From the NCBI GenBank assembly GCA_013265495.1, contig MU058198.1, positions 818,419 through 882,418 on the forward strand: a stretch of 64,000 bases of DNA. Reading direction: 5' to 3'. The stretch comes from Vicugna vicugna. Its lineage: Eukaryota. The translations under genes were made by a program, and so were the position numbers. The notes under the pieces are model-generated. The model searched no databases. It had not been told where the DNA came from and was given only the letters and a program-made list of their open reading frames with translations. Below are positions 12,050 to 23,856 of the stretch, one piece after another; within the stretch, counting starts at the first letter, position 1, and every line of letters begins with the position of its first letter.

Positions 12050-12320
12050 CCAGCTGCAAACTCAAACACTTCCAGGGAGCCAGGGAATTAACGTTGATAT
12101 GTTATAGCAGCTGGGGCAGAGGGCCATAGGGAGTGGTGGGGAGTGTGGCAAAGAGAAAGCAGCCCCCCACTGCCACAACCCGGTGAGGGTAAGGGACAGA
12201 GCCTTCTAGACAGCTGCAGACAATTTCTGTGAGGTGGGAATGGCAGCCTGGTGTTGCCAGACCCAACTTTTCAAAAAAGGCCAGAGACCTGGATTTTTAT
12301 ATTAAATTAGTTGGCAATTG
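12050..12320. mobile_element. hAT-Charlie MITE fragment (MER102-like)
   Basis: cagctgcaaactcaaa..., gtgttgccaga..ctggatttttat resemble MER102. Confidence 0.5.
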
Positions 12321-12498
12321 ATAGGGAAAATGCTAATGAGAATGCACCTCTGGGCCAGTTTCAGCACAGCGGCCACTGTTTGGGCTCTGATCTGCCTGGA
12401 CTGTCCCCAAGACTAGCCACTCCCACTGGAGAGAAAGAGAGTGTCCTTTTGGGAGGAAGGGCCCCAGAGCCTAAGCCAGCGGGCGGCGCCCACTCTAC

Positions 12499-13528
12499 CT
12501 GCGTTGTGTTCGTCCATCGAGAAGGCCTTGTTCTCCATGTAGGTCCGCGGCAGCTGCACGTCCTCCTCAAACGCCGTCTCCCGCATCCTCGGCTGCGACG
12601 TGTCGAAGTAGTTGGGCGTGTTTTCCTGCGGGGCCGGCAGAATGGTGCAGTGGATCTCGGGGATGGCGTGGAAGATGACGAAGACCCAGCCGCTGGCCAC
12701 CAGCGTGATGGCCAAGGTGGGGTCGCCCCAGGCGTCTCCCTGCCGCAGCTCGGCGTTGCCGAAGAGGTACATGGTCATCCAGGCCACCCAGATGAGCACG
12801 GAGAGGAAGGCGGTGACCAGGATGCAGGCCCCGTTCTGCTTCCACTTCTTAAACTTGCCACACAGCGTGAAGAGGGCCAGCCCCAGGGTGGCCACGAGCA
12901 GTACCATGTCGTAGATGAGGGCCATGACGAAGTCCATGGGCTCGTAGGCGCAGGCAGGCTTCGAGTCGCGCAGCACGGTCAGCACCAGCCACTCGATGGC
13001 GATGATGACCTGCACCAGCATCAGGCACAGGGCCACGCCCACCAGCTGCCAGCCCGACGGGCTCTTGCCGTGGCGCACCAGCCTCCGCACACGCCACGCC
13101 TGGCTCAGCAGGCAGGAGAAGCAGAGCGCGAACAGGACGCCCCAGAGGAACCGGCGGACCGAGCAGATAGTCTCGTCCTCCCGGATGATGAAGGCGAATG
13201 TCAGCCCGAAGAGGCCCAGGGTCCCCAGGAGGAAGAGGAAGTGGAGGCCCACGGGGTCCTTCTTCTCCTTGTCCTTGATGAATGGCAGCCGCACCAGGAG
13301 GATGAGCATCAGGAGCAGCGTTATCAGGGCGCCTGCCCCGGCCACCGCCTCCACCACGATGCCCCAGATGGTGTCCAGGTCGCACAGGGACACGTACTGA
13401 GGAAGGAGGTCTAGCCCGCAGCCCCGGGATGTGCTGGCGTTCTCAGAGGCCCCGGAGGCGATCACGAAGAGCAGGAGGAAGGCGAGCACTTGGTGGGTTC
13501 TCATCTTTCTCTCTGACACCATGAACAT
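12499..13528 (-). CDS. GPRC5B: GPRC5B coding exon (exon 2): signal peptide, short ectodomain, all 7 TM helices, start of C-tail
   Basis: Translation MFMVSERKMRTHQVLAFLLLFVIASGASENASTSRGCGLDLLPQYVSLCDLDTIWGIVVE...ENKAFSMDEHNA matches GPRC5B/RAIG2 as I know it. ATG at 13528-13526; donor G|GTAGAG with GT at 13498-type position 12498-12497 (phase 1). The 5' boundary is uncertain because the expected acceptor reads GG (see findings). Confidence 0.97.
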
Positions 13529-14601
13529 TCCAGACAAGTTGAGGAGGAAAGACCAATGCATTGTAAGATGCTCACTCTCCTGACTTTAAGAAGACCCACC
13601 TCACTTAAAACCTGCTTGCCCCTGTTGTGCCTTTGGACACAGAGGACAAGGTGCCCCTTTCTCCAGGCAGCACAGCCCGTCTCGGGGTGGGGGGTGGGGA
13701 GTGGGGTTTCGGGTCCCATCTGCACAGTGAACAACCACGAATCACCACCGCTAGTGGCTGGAGGAGCGGGTGGGAGGGACACTCACTTTCTCTGAATATC
13801 TTTTCATATTCTTTGAATTTGAGGCCATGTCAGACCTCTTCAAAAATAAGAGAATAAAATGAAACTTTAAAGCGATAGTCAGGGGCCAAGCGCTGAGCTG
13901 GGCATGTGTTAACCCGTTTCAGTCCCTCAGCGGTAACAGCTGACATGCACCGATGACTCACTCTGGGCCTCGCACTTGACATTTCCAGTCCTCACACTGG
14001 TGACAAAACAGTCTTGAGGAGGTTGGGACACTTGCCCAAGGTCACAGCACTCAGCTCCTAGGAGCTCTCGGAAGCCTCCCAGCATTTTAAATGTAGTATG
14101 AACCGTCTCCCTGGGACCCACCCTTTCCCCATCCCCTCACACATCCCACCCTCCTCCTCCAAAGATCTCCCAAGAATCCCTCGTCTCACGCCACTCCAGC
14201 CCGCCTCTCCGGGGGGCGCCTGCAGGACGCTCCTCGTCTCTCCCCGCCCCTGTGCAAGGCGGGGTCCACAGCAGCCAGGAGACCGGCTTATTAACCCGAG
14301 TGAGTTTCCTCTTGCCCCTCCTGCTCCTTCTGCTAACCAGAGCCCCCCCTCCCCTCACCCCCTGCTTTTATGGAAAACCACTCCTCCCCACCCCCAGTGG
14401 TCTCAGATCTAATGTCATCCACTCAGACCTTGGCCAAGGTCACACCCGCGTCCTCTCTACCAGGCCTCTCGTCTGTTTCCTCCCGCTAATCCTATCTCAT
14501 CTTTTTGCCTGTTTACTTTGTTTCTCTGTCCCTTCCTGTCTCTCTCCATCACTAGCTGCAGGAGGACAGGGACAATGTCCACCTTGTTCATCAGCATAAA
14601 C

Positions 14602-14792
14602 CAGGGCTTCTCAGCCTCAGAATTACTGACGTTTTGGGCCTGTCCTGTGCATTACAGGATGTTCACCAGCATCCCTGGCCTCGACCCACCAGAGGACCAA
14701 AACACACCCCCTCCCCCAACTGTGACAGCCCCAAATGTTTAGACACTGCTGATGTCCCCTGGGGGAAAATCACGGGGATGAGCACCCCCTGG
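14602..14792 (-). mobile_element. MER20 hAT MITE
   Basis: tgtcctgtgcattacaggatgtt..agcatccctggcctc..ccac..tgtgaca..aaatgt..agacac..tgtcccctgggg is the MER20 reverse-complement pattern. Confidence 0.75.
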
Positions 14793-15805
14793 TCCAGCAC
14801 TACCACAAAGCAGACGCTTCCTGAAAAGTGAAAAAGACTTCTCCCCAGGACTCGCTCCTCTACCCACGGCCACCAGCTCCTTGCTGTTGAAGGGAGCCTG
14901 GCCTTCAGGGAGCCTCAGCCTGCGAGGCTCCTCTGCTCCCGTTGTTTCCAAGCATCACAAGCCAGAAGCACTGCCTTAGCTCCACCCACAGTGAGGCTGT
15001 AACCAGCCACCTCGCAGGCAGCTCAGCACATCCCTGGGGCTTTCTTAAGTAAATGCGGTATCGACCACCTCTCTCTCTCTGCTCCTTTGTGGGATACTGT
15101 GAGCAGCCCCGACTCTGCCTTGGCCGATAGGCCATCGACTGGGATAAATTATTGATGTCGCCGAATGAGAAGGAGCCTGGTGTTATTGGGACCGTCTCCT
15201 TTGCCTGTGGAAGAGAGAAGGCAGGCTGGGAACAGAAGGCATCTGGCAAGAGATGCCCCTTAAACAAACAACTCAGATGCTGGCAATGGGGGCCACGGCC
15301 CAGCCACTATTCCCTGGCACGTCAGTCACGGGAGTGCCACCTCAGCTATTTATGCCTTGTCTACACACCTCCTGGAAGTCATCTGAGTCCTTGAAATCGA
15401 CTTACTTAAAAGAAAACTCACTGAAATACTTGTTGATGGAATTCACGTCGGATACCCACTGCTTATCCCAGCCTCCCACCTTTGGAAGAACACTGTCCTC
15501 GCCAGAGCTGCTTTTCACAAGAGCACACTGGGAATCAAAACCCAAGAACCAGATACGTTGGAACAAAATGCCACCAGCACCCCTCAACACACTGCAGTGG
15601 ATTCCCCCACACATCTCATCCAAGGCAAACACTATTAAGAGACTTCTCAGCCAGTGAAAACAGAACACACCCCCGCGCAGCCTCTCTGGGTCGCGCAGCA
15701 GCCAGTCGCACCCCCAGGGCGGCTGGGGGGACGATGGGTAGGAACGTGCGGCTGGAGTCTTGACCGCCGACCAACTCTCCCCAACTCTCCTCACGTACCC
15801 CCTAG

Positions 15806-16016
15806 GCCGGTGGTTCTCAACCCGTGGCAATTTTGACCCCGGGGAACATTTGGCCATGTCTAGGGACATTTCTGGTTGTCACAACTGGTGAGGGGGATGT
15901 CAATGGCAACCAGTAGGTAGAGTCGAGGGAAGCTGCTAAACACCCTACAAGATGGCCCTCAACACAAAGAATTACGCAGCCCCCCATGTCAACAGTGCTG
16001 AAGCTGAGAGAGCCTG
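15806..16016 (+). mobile_element. MER20 hAT MITE
   Basis: gtggttctcaacc..caattttg..ggaacatttggccatgtct..gacattt.tggttgtcacaactgg..aagaatta..aacagtgctga.gctgaga. Confidence 0.8.
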
Positions 16017-16479
16017 CTTTATACACTTGAGGGCAGAGTTGATGAGAAAGAAGCCAGGAAACCAGCCTGGTCTCGCAGCCTCAGGCCTGCACCCCGGTCC
16101 TTTCCTTGCAAGAACCTGGCCCTCCTTAGCTGCCTCCACTCACTCTCTTGTGGAGAATCTCCTCTCTCCAGGTCTGGCTACAAATGGGGATTTGGTTCCA
16201 CCAGCTCCTCCCCCTCCCCAATTGGCCTTCCAACCACGACAGGAAACCAATGTGGATGATGAAGATACCAAGATGGCGACCAAGCTTCTAGAATCGTGCA
16301 CTGCTCTTCTGGCTGTGGTCCCGGCCTCTAGACCCCACTCCTTTCTGTTACGGGAAATGGATACACTCTTGCTTTCTGCTTGCTTTCTTGAGGGTGGAAC
16401 CCTGTCCTTCCAGGACAGCTGTTGTTTTTGTTGTCCTGCACTTGTTTCTCCCATTTCTGAAAAGAGCTCCTGATTCTCC

Positions 16480-16950
16480 TTTGGAGACCGCCCCCTCAGG
16501 GCCTAACTGAGAGCACCTGACCAAGGCCTGGCCAACTGGAGCAGTCATCCCACCCTTTGGCTGCACTGATTGGTTCATGGACCAGCACATGGTGTTATTG
16601 GGACCGTCTCAACCAGACCCAGGAGAATCAGTCTTAGGATATCTGCTAGAATGAACCGGAACGAATTCTTCTCTTGCTATCGGGGTTGATAAGCTAAAAG
16701 GATACCTGGAGTTGGAGACGACGTATTTACCAACACAGGGAAAGAATCGGTCTGAGAGCAGAGCTGACCCAGAGTAAACAGCCAAGTGGTGGACCAGAGT
16801 CCTAATGCACTGTATGACTGGATTCAGTTATGCCTGAAGCCAGATACCCTGGCCTTTGCAGTTCCAGCAGTCAATTAACTTCCCTTTTCTGGATTAAGCC
16901 AGTTTGAGCTGGGTTTATGTTACTTGCCAACAAAGAAGTTCTATTATACC
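16480..16950. mobile_element. Old MaLR LTR (MLT1-like) fragment
   Basis: tgattggttca.., tggattcagttatgcctgaagcca.., ttaagccagtttgagctgggttt..tacttgc motifs. Confidence 0.55.
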
Positions 16951-19900
16951 TCTGGCATGATGTGACTCCCTTCTTCCAGGAAGTCCTCCCTACCCAGTAT
17001 CTAGACAGCCAGGGACTTTGGTAGGGTCCAGTTGTCCCAAGGGGGTCATTATCATCCCTAAGGATGCCCACGAGGTAGCACAATATCCAGGATGATGGAG
17101 AGGAGGGCTACACGCTGCCTCACGAATGAAGCTGAGTCCAGCTCTTCTGGGATTTCTGGGGGGCTCAGAATTGCCTGCAGAGTTTTCTATCACTGCCATA
17201 GGGACACGACAATGACTGTCAACTCTTAACAGTGCTTACTACGCTCCGGGCCCTCCTCCATGCACTTCACGTATATTCACGCCTTGTAATCTGGGCAATG
17301 ACACTATGAGGCAAGTGCTGTTACTATCTCCATTTTATAGGAGATAAAACAGAGAGGTCAGTTGGCTTGTCCAAGGTCACACAGCTAGAAAGTGATGAAG
17401 CCAGCAGACAAACAATTGTACTATTGTTCCTGGGCTCTCACTACAGACCAGGGCTCTGGAAACGTCATCTGGTGAGCCCTTTGCTATTTAGACTAGATTC
17501 ACCAGTCTATTTAAATTAGATTCTCTCTGCCCCTTTATGCTCTATGTTAATATTTTTAATCTCTGTCTTCCTAGTACCTGCCACAGTTTTCAATGACTTT
17601 ATTTTATTACTCTCTTGGTCTGCCCATTGCCCCAGCCCAGGCTCTCTGTCTTGTTGGGCGCCCACCCATTCCCTGGTGCCTGGCACATGGGCAGGGCTCC
17701 TGGCCCTATTGCTGAATGAATGAATTGGTAAATATGGTCACATCACCCGGCAGGGAGATGCTCTCATTGGCAGTTTTTAGAGGAGGGGACTGAGGGTCTG
17801 AGAGGCTTAAGTCAAAGTTTGATCCTCGGACCGGCAACAGCAGCAGCATCGCCCGGGACCGTGTTGGAAACACAGACTCTCAGGCATGGGCTTCGCCACC
17901 TGTGTTCCTACAAGCCCCACAGCAAAGCTCCAGGTGTTTGCAGATGCAAGGCGCACAGGGGTTTGAGAAGCTCGGGCGACTGCAGCAGGGGAGCCAGGGC
18001 ACCACCTCTGCCCTCCGTCACCCCTGCCCGAGACCCAGCAGGCGGCGCCCACTCCACAACATCCACCATCAGATAAGCCCCCATCCCGCTGCATCAGCCA
18101 CCTGGGGCCTCCCCCTGCCAAGAATGGAGCAGCTCTCCGGGAACCGCAAACTGCACAATACCAGATTAGAGGTTTGGAGTCGGCCCCAAGGCAAGGCTGA
18201 CTGGGACGAGATGAATATATGGCAACAAACCCGTGGGATGTAGGCATGCAGCTCCTCACAAGGAGTAATGAATAAATGTGACGAGTGCGCAAGACTCGGC
18301 TCACATACTAATTACTTTGCTGCCGGCCAGGCTCCTAGGAATGTGACTCATTCAGATGCTCTTAAACACACTGCATCACACAGGCACACACACACTCTCT
18401 CCCCACAGAGGGGCCAGAAGCAGCCGGCAGGTGGTGGAGCAGCATGCTCCATTTCTCCACAAGCCGGGGCCTGCAGAGGCTGGAAGGAATGCAGGCAAGA
18501 TTCCTTGTGCAAGAAGGATAGCTCTGCTGGCCTAAAGACCACGCGCAGGGCTGACCCTCCCAGCCCTGATCCATGCCAAGCAGCATAAACATCCCATCTC
18601 AAGTTCTACCCCTGGCCCTTGCTAGCACCCTGTGACCCCGGGCAGCTGAATTTACCTTTCTTGCCTCAGTTTCTTCATCTGCAAAATGAGGGTGATAATA
18701 TCTAGCATGTGGGGTTCTTTTGAGGATTAAAATAATTAATAATTAGGGGTTAGGACAATAATTAACATGGGCTAAGCACTTATATAAAGTTTCTGTTAAA
18801 TAAATAAAAGATTGGCAAGTGCTCTGAACACTCCTGACTCTGATTTTCCAGGGGGGTGGTTGCCATGGAGATGAGGCTGGAATGGGGGGCTCACCCAGGT
18901 GTTTGTCCACCATTGTTTCCAGCCTCCTCCATCACACACCAAGCAAAGAGATCGTGAGGTGGTGTAAAGGGGAGTGGCTTTTGGGGGTGGTCTGCCCTGG
19001 AAACCCCAGAGCACTTCTGATGCCACAGTAGGTGCTCCGAATGGGAGCCTCTCTGTGAAGGTCATTTTCCAAGGGGAACCAGAGCTGGAGGACCCGAGGC
19101 CAGCCTCCATGCCCTGAAACCGGGTGTCCCTACTGAGGGGTCAGAGCCGGGACATCCAGAAACCAGACACCAGCCATTCTCTGGGGAACCAGCATCCCCA
19201 CCTTCCCACCCACCCATATGAAAGGAGACACAAGACGAACAAAACCGCCTTGGAACACACCCTTCTGACCTGCTTCTCCCTGGCTGCCACCAGAAGAGGC
19301 ATCTTAAACCCACCTTCTCTAAAGAAGAGGACGGGCACTGGAACGAGGAAGGCAAGGAAAAACTAAGCAAGTCTGGAGGGTCTTTCCTAGCCCTGGGCGT
19401 GTTTAATAGCTCAGTACCCCATGAACACCTGGCACAGAGTTTACACTCCTTTCAGTCTCCTCAAGAGTGTAAGATTTCAGTTTGAGGAAAGCCAGACAGA
19501 ACTGCGTGACTTTGGGCATTGCTTAACCTCTCTGACCTTCAGTCTCTTCTTCTGTAAAGTAAGGAGAATAACAGGGCCAGCTTCACAAGGAACACTGGGT
19601 CCCTGCTTATTAAAAAGACAACCGTGATTCCCATCGTCCTGTTGGGAAAATGAAGAGGTGATGCACCTTGGTCAGAGGCTTCCTAGAATCCGTGGGCCAA
19701 GCTGGGACTGGATTCCACTTCTCCCAACTCCTGACCTCAAGGCCACTGCACCCCTGGTTCGATTGCCACATGTCTGGCAGAGGGTCAGGAGGAGGCTGCG
19801 GAGCCAATCTCCCCACGCACCCCATCATTACGCTCTGTCCCTGCCCACTCCTGTTATGGCCGCTGGTGCATTTCCTGCTCCGGAGGGATTAAACTGTTAC

Positions 19901-21879
19901 AAGGTTTCCTGACAGTGAACTCTTTCCCAGACCTACAATCTCACCCTCTGATATCTTTTCCAAGTTACACCATCTCATACTCTTCAGTTCCCAACGCCGC
20001 CCAGACCACCAGCCTATTTGGGGGCCCTCGAATTTAATAACCCTCATAGGTTAGTAAACAGAGTTGCCAGAACACGGGCTCCGTGAGCCATGAATATGCA
20101 TAGCAGCTCCAATCCTGTAAATAAAAGCAATCATTTAAATGCAAATTGCATCCTTGGCTGCTCGTTCCGGGGTGGATGGTTCCTCTTGGGGCTGTAATTC
20201 CGAGAAGAAAATGTGACTAACTAAGAAACCCCAGGAAGCTCTGCGTAGAAGTGCTTATGGGGGTGTGAGCTCTGGGTGGGGGCCCGCTTAGGGTGGACAA
20301 AAACTGCTTAAAAGTGGGAATTGGATTTTAAAACCTAACAGAGTAGGCTCACAGGACTGACCAGGCTCAAAGTGGTCCCCATAGGCTGGCTGGAGCCCTT
20401 TGGAGGCTCCCGGCGCCTCGCCATTCCCGGGCGGGGGGCAGAATGAAAGGGGAGCTGTTTTTGGTCTCCTTGTTGAGGTCAGGGGAGATTTTAAAAATCA
20501 GATCTTGTGCATTCCCGCTCCAAACCCTCCAAGGGTTCTCTGGCTCAAGGAGAATAAAACCTAAACTCCTTTCTATGGCTCAAAAGATCATGGTCTGGCT
20601 GGTCCCTGCCATCCCCTCTCCCACCCCCACCCTCCACATCTGCCTACGAGCTCCAGCCACAATGGCCTTTGTTCAGTTTCTCTAAGCTCATTCCCACCTC
20701 CAAGCCTCTGCACTTGCAGTGCCCTCTGCCTGGTTCGGTCTTCCCCCAAGATTTGCCAGTGGCGGGCCCCCCATCTTGCAGAGCTCCGCTAAAACGTCAC
20801 TCCCCAGAGCAGTCTTCCCTTAAGTACACATACCCTTGTCACTTTATTTTACATCACCCTGTTTTATCTTCCTGGCAGCCGTCATCCCAATAGGAAGTTC
20901 TATCTACTTACTACTTATTTACTTATTTAGTGTTCCCCCACCTCCCCAGTGCCCTGAGATCAGGGGCTTGTCCATTTCATACACTGCACTGCCCCAGACC
21001 CAATTCCGTAGCTGGCACATTTATTGAAATAACACATTAGCCAATAAAGATTTTGAGCTTCTCTTTCTAACAAGAACGCTTGTCTTGCTGCCTGTGTCCC
21101 AAATGGCGACTCCTCCCCCCTTCCATCTTTTCCCTTCCCGGCTCAGCTGACCCTTTTTCAGACTTAGAGCAGGGAACAGAGAGGAAACCGTTTACTCCAC
21201 AGTCTAGATACAAAACTGGCCGAGTGGAGGGCTCCCAGTCAACAGATGCCGATTTGCATTCTATTTACATGCGATTTGCATGCAGTTTAACTCAAAGTCT
21301 GAGTCCTCCAGAAAGCCCCCACCCCTCGGGAAACTTCTGAATCAAGGTTCCTCGGCTGAAGTTTGGAGGCTTTTGTGCCAAGGGACTTCTCTTGTCCCTG
21401 AGATAATCCTCAGTTCTTTCTGGGCTCTGCTCAGGTGCCCACCCCCCATCCTGGCGCAGTTGGCCAGCCAATGTGGCGCGTGGCCCGGGGCCCCAGGCGG
21501 GGACGCCGCTGCCCGCCACACTCCAGGGGCCTTTGTCCCTGCTCCAAGGAGCCTCCCCTTAGGGAACTGGGGACAAGTTAGGGGTGGGGGGCGGGCGTTG
21601 GCTAGGACTGGGAGTGACATAGCAAGGGCCGGGGAATGAACTCGCAGACTGCTCTGAGGCTGTACTCAGGGCAAGGTCGGTACCCCCCTCCTTGGCTGGT
21701 TAACCAACTCCTCCCAGCCAAGGCGGGTGTGGGCGGTAAGGATCCCGGGATGTGTGGGGCTGGGAGTCCGTGTCCCCCAAAGGGGGTGGGGACGCAGCAC
21801 AGGGCTAGTCCTCACCCGCAGCCTGGCCGGAACATAAATGCTACCCCCGCCATTATATGCAGCTGCCCCTCATTTGTTC

Positions 21880-23450
21880 CCCGGACCCCGGTCTCAGCTC
21901 TGCCTCTTTTCACCCGCAGTGTCCCCTCCATGTCCCGTAGAGCGCAGCCATAGCCGGCTGTGAGCTTGGCCCCCGGCCCCTGCGGCAGGTGCGGCAGCTC
22001 ACCCCCAAAGTCGGGGCCTTGTGCCCCCGACTCCTTCTGCCCTGTCGGTGGTCAGGCCCCACGGACTTGCCACGCAGCCCGCAGACCTGCCCGCGGCTGC
22101 CCTCACACGAGTCACTCGGGCACGGCTGGACTCCCTTACACTCCCAGCTGCCCTTTACCTCTGGTCGCTCCCAGACCCTCCTCAGAGACTTGGATCTCCA
22201 CCAGGTCCGGATACACCCCCTTACTCTATAAAGGTCCCCAACCCTCTCCGCCCCCCACCCCGCCCTCTGCGGCGCCTCTCTCGCTGCACTGTGGTTCCCC
22301 TCATTAGGATACCCCAGCTGCCCCAGCAGACTAACCTCTCGCGGGGGGGGGGCGCTTAGAAAAGCACAAGCAGCAGACCCCCCAAGCCTCCCAAGTCCGC
22401 GGCGGGAAAAGTTTCTGGGGCCCCCCTGCAGCGCCCTCCACCCCACCAGCGCGGCTCGCACTCACCGACCCCCGCGGCCCCGCAGCGCCGACGCTCCCGC
22501 TGGCCCTCGGCCCGAGTCACATCTCTGCAGCGCCGCCGTGGCCCCAGCCCCGCGCGCGCCCGCCCGCCCGCCAGCCGGTCCGGCCTCTCTGCATCTCACT
22601 CGCCAGCCGCTGCCGCGCGAGGCGCCCCCTGGCCGGGCGCGCGCTGCTGCAGCCGCCGCGGCCCCGCCCCTCCAGCCGGCCCCGCCCTCGGGGCTCCCGA
22701 GCCCCGCCCCCGGCCCGGCCCGAGCGGGGCTGTCTATTCCTTGCCGAACCCCAGGCCGGATACTCGCTACTCGCCGCGGGCCCTGAGAAGGGCCCCCTCC
22801 AATGTCCCCAATTCGGGAACACTATCCCCACACCCACAGTGCGCCCATAAACAGTTCGGACGCGCCGGACACAATCTCAGTTTGCTCCACTTTCAGGAGG
22901 ACACGGACGAGATTTCCTCCGCCCAGGACGCTCTGCATCATGAGCCCCCAAATAGTAACTTCTCCACAACATACCAGCACCAGGTCCAGGGCGCAGAGAG
23001 GATTCCACCCCGCGCGTTCCAAAGTCACCAATGCTCCAATGTACTACCAGGCAGACCCTTCCCTCCTGGGCACACTCCAAATCCCACCGCCCCCCACCCG
23101 CAACGTGTCCCTGTCACTTTACGCACACTGAGCCCAACATCCGCAACCTTGCCACCCCATCATACTCTCGTGTCGACGTCCACATTTTTGCACCCATCAC
23201 ATGGGTCCATATGCAGGATGCCACCACCGCTGCTGCACACATCATCCACGTACGTACACGTCCACAATCTACCGGCGCACACACTCGGAGGTCCTGGGCC
23301 ATCGGCCTGGCGCTCCGCAAACGCTCAGGGCACAGGCAGGACTCGCGTCCACGGTGGCAGCCGCGAGATCCGCTTGAAGGAAGGGGTTCGGGGCCACTTC
23401 CACCCCATCCTGGTCCTACACACGGCAGGGTGATGACCCCTGTTCCCCTC
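21880..23450. promoter_or_regulatory. CpG island / TATA-less GPRC5B promoter
   Basis: Very GC- and CpG-rich; several CCCCGCCCC (Sp/KLF) boxes at ~22660-22715; G-runs with G-quadruplex potential. Confidence 0.88.
22466..22610 (-). other. GPRC5B: GPRC5B non-coding exon 1 (5' end approximate)
   Basis: Consensus donor TCG|GTGAGT (GT 22465-22464) at the core of the CpG island, just downstream of GC boxes. The TSS cannot be fixed from sequence. Confidence 0.75.
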
Positions 23451-23837
23451 TTCCCTGCTTGCGGGAAGGAGGATGGGGCGGCAGGAAGGTGGGTTGCAGA
23501 GTAATACTGCTTCCTGTGGATAGTTGCAGGCCCTGATCTTTGGTGCCCACGGACCTTTCAGATACTCTCACCCCTTCCTGCATTCCCAGTTCCCTCGTGC
23601 CCAGCCAAGACCGGCTACATACCCTGTGGGCACACATCTCTCCAAATGCCTTCTCTTAATTCTAACGAAAAATGGAAGGAAAGAACCACAAAAACAAACA
23701 AAAAAATTTTCCAGTTTCATTGGCCAACGTATCCTCAGCGCCTCGAACAGTGCCTGGCAGTCAGTGGGAGATCTTTAAGGGTTTGTGAGACAACCTGTCA
23801 GTGTTCTAGTCAGATTAGGGAATTGGAAGATGGATGA

Positions 23838-23856
23838 GCACTGCCTCCTGGTGGTA
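23838..23856 (-). promoter_or_regulatory. CTCF-like motif upstream of the promoter
   Basis: Minus strand reads CCACCAGGAGGCAGTGC, close to the CTCF core consensus. Motif only; occupancy unknown. Confidence 0.5.

Noticed and set aside
12413..12498. ORF-track C-terminus GRVGAARWLRLWGP...
   Set aside because: Read-through past the donor at 12498 into intron 2; the true frame continues in exon 3.
12311..13414. 367-aa plus-strand ORF (and the 134-aa and 178-aa overlapping ORFs)
   Set aside because: Antisense or alternate-frame shadows of the GC3-rich GPRC5B exon 2; TTG start for the long one and no recognisable domain.
22975..23408. Possible upstream coding first exon (ATG 23408, donor-like CTG|GTATGT at 22974) for an N-terminally extended isoform
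   Set aside because: The frame hits TGA after 27 codons, so no extension from this ATG; a non-coding alternative first exon cannot be judged from sequence alone.
22741..23433. 230-aa plus-strand ORF and other CpG-island ORFs
   Set aside because: Stop-poor GC-rich promoter DNA, non-ATG start, P/H/T-biased composition, no family resemblance.
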